NCBI GenBank assembly: GCA_031431275.1
Contig: JANPDC010000156.1
Coordinates: 28,345 to 92,344 of the forward strand
DNA from: Bacteroidota bacterium
GTDB taxonomy: Bacteria > Bacteroidota > Bacteroidia > Flavobacteriales > Flavobacteriaceae
Direction: 5' to 3'
DNA: 64,000 nucleotides
A model generated the notes under the pieces. The model was given only the letters and a program-made list of their open reading frames with translations, was not told the DNA's origin and did not search any database. Shown here piece after piece: positions 57,223 to 64,000 of this stretch (the stretch's first letter is position 1; the number at the start of each line of letters is the position of its first letter). The position numbers and the translations under genes were made by a program.

Positions 57223-57236
57223 GTTCCACGTGAAAC
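57223..57236. promoter_or_regulatory. 14-mer GTTCCACGTGAAAC (palindrome family copy C, 44 nt downstream of mnmG)
   Basis: Read directly. Confidence 0.35.
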
Positions 57237-57294
57237 TATTTTATCAAATGTTGAATTTATTAAGAAAATTGTAAAAATAAAATTATTTCAATAT

Positions 57295-57332
57295 CCTAAC
57301 AGGTTTTCAAAACTTGTTAGGTATCATTTTTT
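57295..57332 (+). terminator. Possible terminator of mnmG
   Basis: cctaacagg-ttttcaaaa-cttgttagg hairpin. The T6 run begins 5 nt after the stem. Confidence 0.45.
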
Positions 57333-57341
57333 AGAATCAAA

Positions 57342-58190
57342 ATGAATTTAGAAAACAAAACACATTATCTAAAAGTCAAAGACCATTCAGTTTCGCAAGA
57401 AATTTTTGATTTGTATTATGACAAATCTTTAGATATGCTTGTCACGCATCCACAACCCGATGCCGATAATTTAGGTAAATATTACGAATCAGATGATTAT
57501 ATTTCACACACGGACGGAAAGCGATCTATGTTCGAAAAGTTATATCATTTTATAAAAAATATTGCACTAAAAAATAAACTCAATCTCATCGATACTTTAT
57601 CAGAAAACAAAGGAAGATTGTTAGATATTGGTGCAGGAACTGGCGATTTTCTTTTTGTAGCAAAACAAAATGGTTGGCAAACAATAGGAGTAGAGCCAAG
57701 TCAAAAAGCAAGATCAATAGCAGAAAAGAAAGGAGTGAGTTTTGTAAATGAAACGTCAAACTTAGAAAATAATTCGTTTGATATTATTACTATGTGGCAT
57801 GTTTTAGAACATGTTCCAGATTTAGAAAATCAGATTAAAGAATTAAAAAGAATACTCAAACCAAATGGAACACTTTTGGTAGCAGTCCCAAATTTCAAGT
57901 CCTATGATGCAAATCACTACGGAAAATTTTGGGCTGCCTTTGATGTTCCAATTCATTTTTGGCATTTTTCAAAAACGGCTATTAAATTACTTTTTCAAAA
58001 ACACGAAATGAAACTCGAAAAAGTAGTACCCATGAAATTCGATGCTTTTTATGTAGCTCTTTTATCAGAAAAATATAAAACTGGGAAAATGAATTTTGTT
58101 AGAGCATTTTTTGTTGGCTTGAAATCAAATCGCAAAGCAAAGTTAACTTTAGAGCATTCTTCTCATATTTACATCATAAAAAACGGTTAA
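57342..58190 (+). CDS. Class I SAM-dependent methyltransferase
   Basis: Motif I LLDIGAGTGDF and post-I/II FDIITMWHVLEHV. Confidence 0.85.
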   Translation: MNLENKTHYLKVKDHSVSQEIFDLYYDKSLDMLVTHPQPDADNLGKYYESDDYISHTDGKRSMFEKLYHFIKNIALKNKLNLIDTLSENKGRLLDIGAGTGDFLFVAKQNGWQTIGVEPSQKARSIAEKKGVSFVNETSNLENNSFDIITMWHVLEHVPDLENQIKELKRILKPNGTLLVAVPNFKSYDANHYGKFWAAFDVPIHFWHFSKTAIKLLFQKHEMKLEKVVPMKFDAFYVALLSEKYKTGKMNFVRAFFVGLKSNRKAKLTLEHSSHIYIIKNG

Positions 58191-58423
58191 AAACTCAAAT
58201 TAGACGATTTAAAGCGATTTTTGACTATCAAATGCACAAACTATTTAGATGAAAAAGATTTTTATTTAAAAGCAACGCTAGAAAGTCATTTTTAATAAGT
58301 TCAAATTATCGAAAAACTCATTGTAATAAGAAATTCTTATACTTATAAAAACCATAAAAATTTAAACTTTTTTTTCAAGAACTTAAAAAAAGTTTACTTT
58401 TGTTAAAATTTAAAAAAATAAAA

Positions 58424-58978
58424 ATGAAAAAGTCATTTCTAATAATTGCCATTGCATTTTCGATTTTTGCATGCAATAAAGAAAAAGTAAAAACTGAAGT
58501 CGCCGCAGCAAAAGAATATAAAACTGCATTTGTAGATACCTCGGAGTTAATGAAAGAATATTCAGAAGCAAAAGAGGTTGAAGCGAAATATAAAGCAAAA
58601 TCGGTAACAATGGAAAATCAATTAAAATCTCAAGCCGCTCGTTTGAAGGCTGACGAAGATAATTTTCGAAAAGTTGCAGAATCAAAAGGACAGCAATGGG
58701 CTCAAGAAAATATGCAAGCCTTGCAGAAGCGTGAACAACAATTGCAAGGTGCTCAACAACAAATGATGCAGGAATTACAACAAGGTAGCGGAACAGAAAT
58801 GGATACAATTGTAAAAAGTGTAAAAAAGTTCATTAAAGATTACGGAAAAGAAAAAGGGTATGATTACATTTATGGAACTGGCGAGGCAGCGACCGTTTTG
58901 TATGCTCAAGACAAATATGACCTGACTAAGGAATTAATTAAATTGCTGAACGATAAATACGCAGCAAAAAAGAAATAA
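58424..58978 (+). CDS. OmpH/Skp-like periplasmic chaperone lipoprotein
   Basis: Lipobox IFAC from the ATG at 58424. Q/E/K-rich coiled coil, and a C-terminus VKKFIKDYGKEKGYDYI. Confidence 0.78.
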   Translation: MKKSFLIIAIAFSIFACNKEKVKTEVAAAKEYKTAFVDTSELMKEYSEAKEVEAKYKAKSVTMENQLKSQAARLKADEDNFRKVAESKGQQWAQENMQALQKREQQLQGAQQQMMQELQQGSGTEMDTIVKSVKKFIKDYGKEKGYDYIYGTGEAATVLYAQDKYDLTKELIKLLNDKYAAKKK

Positions 58979-58994
58979 TTTAGTTTAAATCTTC

Positions 58995-59031
58995 AAAAAA
59001 CCTTCAATTTGAGTAAAATTGAAGGTTTTTT
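58995..59031 (+). terminator. Rho-independent terminator of the ompH-like gene
   Basis: aaaaaaccttcaatt-tgagtaa-aattgaaggtttttt. Confidence 0.8.
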
Positions 59032-59091
59032 GATTTGATTCGTTTATAAATCTAAATAAAAACAATAATTTTATTGACTTAAAAATTCTCT

Positions 59092-61365
59092 ATGCAAGAC
59101 ATTTCCGAAGCGGCTCAATACACACTGAAATTTATCAATCAAACTCAAAGATCTATCTTTTTGACAGGAAAAGCGGGTACTGGAAAAACTACATTGTTAA
59201 GAGAAATTATTGAAACTACACATAAAAACTGTGTGGTTGTCGCTCCCACAGGAATTGCGGCTTTAAACGCAGGTGGAGTAACCATTCATTCGATGTTTCA
59301 GTTGCCTTTTGGCGGATTTATTCCTGATAATTCCATGCCTGATTTTACAGAGAACATTAAGTTTGATACCAAAGCAACATTACGTAAAAACTTTAAGATG
59401 AGCGGGCTCAAAAAAGCCGTTATCAAAAACATGGAGTTGCTCGTTATTGATGAGGTAAGTATGTTACGAGCAGATTTGCTTGATGCGATTGATTTTATGA
59501 TGCAGAATATTCGTAAATCGAATCAGCCCTTTGGTGGCGTTCAAGTTTTATTTATTGGAGATCTATTGCAGTTACCACCTGTCGTTAGAGAGGAAGAATG
59601 GCGTACTTTGAAGAATTTTTATAAAGGAAAATTCTTTTTTCATTCACATGTAATTCAGCAAAATCCACCTTTATATATTGAATTATCAAAGATTTTTCGT
59701 CAAACCGACGATCGTTTTATTTCGGTGCTAAATAATTTAAGAAATAATCAGATTACTCAAAATGACCTAGAGATTCTGAATGAATTTGTACAACCAAATT
59801 TTGATTTAAAAGCAAATAAAGGCTATATTACTCTAACGACTCATAATGCCAAAGCAGATGCTATGAACGCTCAAGCATTAGATGATTTGAAAGGAAAACT
59901 ACATATCTATAAAGCGGTTACAGTTGATGATTTTCCAGATAAAATTTTCCCCGTGGAACAAAATTTGCAACTTAAAATCGGTGCGCAAGTCATGTTTGTA
60001 AAAAATGATTTATCGTTCAATAAAAACTATTTCAACGGAAAAATGGGAATTATAGAATCCTTATCCGAAAAAGAAATCATGGTTCATTTTCCAGATGAAA
60101 ATAAAACAATTGAAGTTGAAAAATATGAGTGGCAAAACATTCGATTTACGGTAAATGCAAATACAAAAGAAATTGAAGAAGAAGTTTTGGGGACATTTGT
60201 GCATTATCCAATTAAACTAGCATGGGCAATAACGGTTCATAAAAGTCAAGGTTTGACTTTTGATAAAGCGGCTTTAGACGTTTCACAAGTGTTTATGCCT
60301 GGTCAAGCCTATGTTGCACTTTCTCGATTACGATCTCTAGAAGGGCTTGTTTTACTTTCGCCAATGCGAATGAACGGGATTTCTAGTGATCAAGATGTGA
60401 TGGATTATGCCATGAACAAAGCCAGTGAAGAATTACTCAAGAATTCTTTGCAACTAGATTCAAAGAATTTCATTCTCAATTACCTCACGTCTAGTTTCAA
60501 TTGGACTGACTTGGCTCAAGAATGGCGAAATCATCAATTCAGTTATAATACAGATTCAGAACTGTCAGAAAAATCAAAACACGCCAATTGGGCTAAAAAT
60601 CAAACGCAAATAATTGAGGCTTTGATTGATCCGTCTCGAAAATTTATTTCACAATTAAATTCGCTTTTCGCAAAAGAAAATGTTGACTTATTTTTTATTC
60701 ATGAGCGAATTAAAGCAGCGTTTGCCTACTTTTTAGTTCCTATGGATAATTTGGTTCACGAAATATTATGGAAAATCGAGGAAATTCAACAAATAAAAAA
60801 AGTAAAAACTTTTTATGATGAATTGGTTGTTTTAGAAGATTTGCAAACCAAAATGGTTCTTAAATTAATGAAGGCCAAGTTATTGATCGAAACACTTGTA
60901 ACTGGTGAAACAATATCAAAAGAAAAATTAACGTCTGATGAAATTAAATTTTACAAAACTCGAAAAGTAGAATTGATTCATAAAAAATTCAAAGAATTAA
61001 ACATCACATTGATAGAGAACTATGATGATGCAAAACGATATGTTAACAAACCTAAAGAAAATAAAGAATTAAAAAAATCAACAGTTCAAATAACTTACGA
61101 TTTATGGCTTGAGAAAAAATCAATTCTCGAGATTGCATTGATTCGAAAATACACAACCGATACGATAATTGGGCATTTAACTAAATTGATACAAGCCAAA
61201 ACTATTACAATTCAGGATGTTTTACCAGCAGATAAAATAAAAGAATTAGCCGAAGTTTTCCATGGATATAAAGAGGAATCAATTTCGCCATTAAAAGAAT
61301 TGCATGGTGATAAATTTTCTTGGGAAGAGTTACGAATGTACAAGGCAAGTTTAAATTTGAACTGA
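59092..61365 (+). CDS. Pif1/RecD-family SF1 DNA helicase with a C-terminal helical/HTH extension
   Basis: Walker A GKAGTGKTT, Walker B LVIDEVSM, GD..QLPPV and AITVHKSQGLTFD. Confidence 0.85.
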   Translation: MQDISEAAQYTLKFINQTQRSIFLTGKAGTGKTTLLREIIETTHKNCVVVAPTGIAALNAGGVTIHSMFQLPFGGFIPDNSMPDFTENIKFDTKATLRKNFKMSGLKKAVIKNMELLVIDEVSMLRADLLDAIDFMMQNIRKSNQPFGGVQVLFIGDLLQLPPVVREEEWRTLKNFYKGKFFFHSHVIQQNPPLYIELSKIFRQTDDRFISVLNNLRNNQITQNDLEILNEFVQPNFDLKANKGYITLTTHNAKADAMNAQALDDLKGKLHIYKAVTVDDFPDKIFPVEQNLQLKIGAQVMFVKNDLSFNKNYFNGKMGIIESLSEKEIMVHFPDENKTIEVEKYEWQNIRFTVNANTKEIEEEVLGTFVHYPIKLAWAITVHKSQGLTFDKAALDVSQVFMPGQAYVALSRLRSLEGLVLLSPMRMNGISSDQDVMDYAMNKASEELLKNSLQLDSKNFILNYLTSSFNWTDLAQEWRNHQFSYNTDSELSEKSKHANWAKNQTQIIEALIDPSRKFISQLNSLFAKENVDLFFIHERIKAAFAYFLVPMDNLVHEILWKIEEIQQIKKVKTFYDELVVLEDLQTKMVLKLMKAKLLIETLVTGETISKEKLTSDEIKFYKTRKVELIHKKFKELNITLIENYDDAKRYVNKPKENKELKKSTVQITYDLWLEKKSILEIALIRKYTTDTIIGHLTKLIQAKTITIQDVLPADKIKELAEVFHGYKEESISPLKELHGDKFSWEELRMYKASLNLN

Positions 61366-61366
61366 T

Positions 61367-61750
61367 TTATCCTAACCAATACACAGCTATAATCGCTGGA
61401 ACGAAATAAATTGCAATTGTTCGTGCTCCATCATAATCGCGAACAAGTCTTTGTCCAAAAAGCAGACAAATTAACGAAAGGCAAGAAAAACAAGCACCAT
61501 AAAAGCCAAAAACACGTTCTCCGTTTATAGCAAGTTGAATGCTTCCAACAGCACTAAATATTCCAGCAAGAAGTTCAAGAATAATAATTGAAACAAGTGT
61601 CACAGGAGTAAAAAAACGCAGAAATGTTTTAGAAAAAAGACCAGTTATCCACGAAAGTGTCTCTTTCCAGTTGAAAATTTTGTCATAAGCCGACTGAATA
61701 AAAGTTACTGTTAAAAAGATTAAAACTAAAATTGGAGCAACATTGTTCAT
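61367..61750 (-). CDS. Small four-TM membrane protein (DoxX-like)
   Basis: Four hydrophobic helices; AYDKIFNW resembles the DoxX family. Confidence 0.5.
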   Translation of the reverse strand: MNNVAPILVLIFLTVTFIQSAYDKIFNWKETLSWITGLFSKTFLRFFTPVTLVSIIILELLAGIFSAVGSIQLAINGERVFGFYGACFSCLSLICLLFGQRLVRDYDGARTIAIYFVPAIIAVYWLG

Positions 61751-61755
61751 AACTT

Positions 61756-62904
61756 TTATTTTTTATGGATTAATCGAGTGAGTCTAATTGATAAATCAGT
61801 AAATATTATTTTAGCATTTCCGTTTCTTTCAATATGATATTGTGCGTCAGAAATCTCTTTAAAGATATCATTTATGTTGTTTCCATTAACAAAAGGCGCA
61901 AAGTTTTCGAGTTTAAACTTTTCAACGTTTGGCTCTAAAAAAACTAATTTATCGGCTTTATAGTTCAAAAGTAGTGCTTGTCGAAACATCTCAGTACAAT
62001 AATTCAAAAACATTTTTTGAGTTTCTCTACCTAAATTTGCGATTTTTTCACTCCAAGAAATCAAGTCTAAAATAGACGAGGCGTTTCCTTTTGCACGAAA
62101 TGCAGCACGAACCCATTGAACAAACCATTCTCCAAATGGAAAATCTTCGGTATTTCCTTCAAGTAATTGTAATGCTTTGTTATAATTTCCTTGCGATTGT
62201 TGTGCAATTTTTGTTGCAGTTTTAATATCAACACCGTGACTTTTCACCAATGAATCAATAATATCTGAATCAGAAAGTCTAGCGAAATGCAATACTTGAC
62301 ATCGAGAACGAATGGTTTGAATAATAGCTTCTTCGCTTTCAGCAATCAAAAGAAACAATGTTTTTTCTGGAGGTTCTTCTAGTAATTTTAATAATTTATT
62401 TGAGGCAGCAATATTCATTTTTTCAGCCATCCAAACAATCATAATTTTGTATCCACCTTCGTATGATTTTAGTGCTAATGTTTTTAGAATTTCTTGCGAA
62501 TCATCTACTCTAATTTCGCCTTGTTTATTTTGAACTTCTAATGATGAATACCAATCAAACAAACCGCCATAAGGTTTTTCTTTCAAAAAAATCTTCCAGT
62601 TTTTTATAAAATCAATACTTTTTGGCTTTGTTTTAACATTATCAGTGCTAACAGTTGGATAAATAAAATGTAAATCTGGATGTGATAATGAATCAAATTT
62701 TAGATTGAAAGATTCATTTTCCTGAATGTTCTTTTGATCTATATTTTTCAATAAAATCATTTTAGAGTAATTCATTGCAACAGTCATTGTACCAGCACCT
62801 TCTGGCCCAACAAACAATTGAGCATGAGGAATTCTCTCAGCATTTACGCCTCTTTTCAAATGATGAAGTATAGATTTTTGTCCTATGGTATCAAAAAAAT
62901 TCAT
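61756..62904 (-). CDS. holB: DNA polymerase III delta-prime subunit (clamp-loader AAA+)
   Basis: HAQLFVGPEGAGT, LKLLEEPPEKT and the SRCQ motif (IRSRCQVLHF). Confidence 0.8.
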   Translation of the reverse strand: MNFFDTIGQKSILHHLKRGVNAERIPHAQLFVGPEGAGTMTVAMNYSKMILLKNIDQKNIQENESFNLKFDSLSHPDLHFIYPTVSTDNVKTKPKSIDFIKNWKIFLKEKPYGGLFDWYSSLEVQNKQGEIRVDDSQEILKTLALKSYEGGYKIMIVWMAEKMNIAASNKLLKLLEEPPEKTLFLLIAESEEAIIQTIRSRCQVLHFARLSDSDIIDSLVKSHGVDIKTATKIAQQSQGNYNKALQLLEGNTEDFPFGEWFVQWVRAAFRAKGNASSILDLISWSEKIANLGRETQKMFLNYCTEMFRQALLLNYKADKLVFLEPNVEKFKLENFAPFVNGNNINDIFKEISDAQYHIERNGNAKIIFTDLSIRLTRLIHKK

Positions 62905-63169
62905 AAATCAAAGATACATTTTTAGAATAATTACAATCATAATTTAGTTGTTTATTTTTAATTCATTTTTGCTTACATTGAAAATGATATTAACATTATT
63001 CTTTTTTGGCACGATTTTAGTTGCTTATGAATTGAAATTGATTTTTGCTTAAAACAAAATTGTTAGAAAAACAATAGCGAAAAAATATTTACAAAAAAAG
63101 TTATTATAAATTTGTTAATCTAAAACAATTAGTTATCTTTGAGGTTCTAATTCAATTAAATCTAAAATC

Positions 63170-63619
63170 ATGAATAGAAAAACTATTTTATTAAGTGTAT
63201 GTGTAATGATGTTTTCTGCAGTTTCATTTGCACAAGGTCCAGATGGTAAAAACAGACCTAAAAGTATAATTAGTACCACTGCATCAGTGAAAAACTTTTT
63301 TGATCAAACGGCATTACAGGCAATGAACAAAAGAGCGTTGCTAGATTTGTATGTTGAAAGATTAAGAGTTATTACTTACACAATACCAAACATTGCATTG
63401 ACAGTTAAGCCTGGTGTTACCTTAGAAGATTTGGGTGTTCCGATGGAAGAGAAAAACACATTGGCATTAACTAAATATCAAGAGGCTACAACTGCATACA
63501 TTCAAAATGGCGAAGCGTTTATCAATTTGATGATGCCATATGCTGACAAAGCCGAAATTATTCAAGGTATTTTATTTTATGACAACATAATTAAAAGTAT
63601 TAAAACCGCAAAAGATTAA
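63170..63619 (+). CDS. Secreted protein of unknown function
   Basis: Signal peptide (LLSVCVMMFSAVSFAQG). Confidence 0.5.
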   Translation: MNRKTILLSVCVMMFSAVSFAQGPDGKNRPKSIISTTASVKNFFDQTALQAMNKRALLDLYVERLRVITYTIPNIALTVKPGVTLEDLGVPMEEKNTLALTKYQEATTAYIQNGEAFINLMMPYADKAEIIQGILFYDNIIKSIKTAKD

Positions 63620-63636
63620 CTTTAAAAACTCCCTAT

Positions 63637-64000
63637 ATGATAAAATCAATACAATTAACTTTTGTTGCTGTTGTATTAATTGCAACAAATAGTTTCGGAC
63701 AACAAGAAAAAGGTATAGTTGGATCGTCTAATTGGCTAAATAATTGGACAGATTTCAAACCTCTCAAAACAGAGTTAAATGAAACTAATTCAATATTAGT
63801 TGGTAACATATCCACAAATACTACGTTGACAAAGAACAATACCTACCTGTTACAAGGAAGTGTATATGTAATTAACAATGCTGTATTGACAATTGAAGCG
63901 GGTACTGTTATCAAGGGAGACTTTGACACAACTGGAACTTTGGTAATAACTAAAGGCTCTTCAATAAATGCTGTAGGGAAAGATACAGATCCAATAATCT
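63637..64000 (+). CDS. Secreted protein, 3'-partial at the window edge (not in the supplied ORF track)
   Basis: Hand translation from ATG 63637 gives MIKSIQLTFVAVVLIATNSFGQQEKGIVGSS...NNAVLTIEAGTVIKGDFDTTGTLVITKGSSINAVGKDTDPII, open to the end of the window. It has a signal peptide and a beta-helix-like pattern. Confidence 0.6.
   Translation, partial: MIKSIQLTFVAVVLIATNSFGQQEKGIVGSSNWLNNWTDFKPLKTELNETNSILVGNISTNTTLTKNNTYLLQGSVYVINNAVLTIEAGTVIKGDFDTTGTLVITKGSSINAVGKDTDPII

Noticed and set aside
40767-59031. Near-identical terminator stems (ACCTTCAA...TTGAAGGT followed by T-runs) after tRNA-Cys (40767-40796) and the ompH-like gene (58995-59031)
   Set aside because: Only about 8 nt of stem are shared, and the loops differ. 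This is most simply convergent AT-rich terminator design, not a dispersed element.
59941-59956. Half-site CGTGGAAC of the CACGTG palindrome inside the helicase gene
   Set aside because: It is a single half-site within coding sequence (..FPVEQN..) and is not palindromic, so it is probably coincidental.

Overview
This is a low-GC chromosomal segment of Bacteroidota/Flavobacteriia type. The signs are A-rich leaders without Shine-Dalgarno sequences, TAnnTTTG-like -7 boxes, a GLPGLI protein paired with an outer-membrane barrel, a GH3 homologue and the synteny DUF4175-like/ybeY/mnmG.

Layout:
- 1-2.4 kb: a TPR sensor kinase and a LuxR-type response regulator.
- 2.6-19.2 kb: a minus-strand Wzx/Wzy-type polysaccharide locus. 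It holds GT4, GT2, two FkbM methyltransferases, acyltransferases, rfbA-C-D, a WecE-type aminotransferase, an ATP-grasp enzyme, an ArnC/GtrB-like plus ArnT/PMT-like pair and a Wzz-like protein.
- 19-28 kb: conserved Flavobacteriia genes, tatA, and an outer-membrane barrel with its GLPGLI partner.
- 28.26-31.48 kb: a 3.0-kb, very AT-rich islet inserted into the 3' end of tex and bounded by 115-bp direct repeats. Its only cargo is a translationally coupled operon of an Mrr-like nuclease effector, an 80-aa adaptor and a coiled-coil ABC/SMC-like ATPase (ABC-3C/Lamassu/DdmABC-like architecture). This is the best candidate for the system of interest.
- 31-64 kb: housekeeping genes (tex, CDF transporter, rpiB, rnr, tRNA-Cys, folB, glnS, gltX, ybeY, mnmG, holB, a Pif1/RecD-like helicase) mixed with lipoproteins.

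Other points worth a second look:
- a Fic gene flanked by ~68-bp direct repeats;
- a 568-bp AT-rich non-coding gap between convergent genes that carries repeated TTATGAACA 9-mers and sits at a gene-strand switch, making it a candidate origin;
- GTTCCACGTGGAAC-type palindromes around mnmG;
- a heptanucleotide repeat abutting a lipoprotein start codon;
- a ~135-aa C-terminal extension on GlnRS.

I saw no rRNA, CRISPR array, transposase or integrase. All protein-family calls come from reading motifs by eye; no searches were run.
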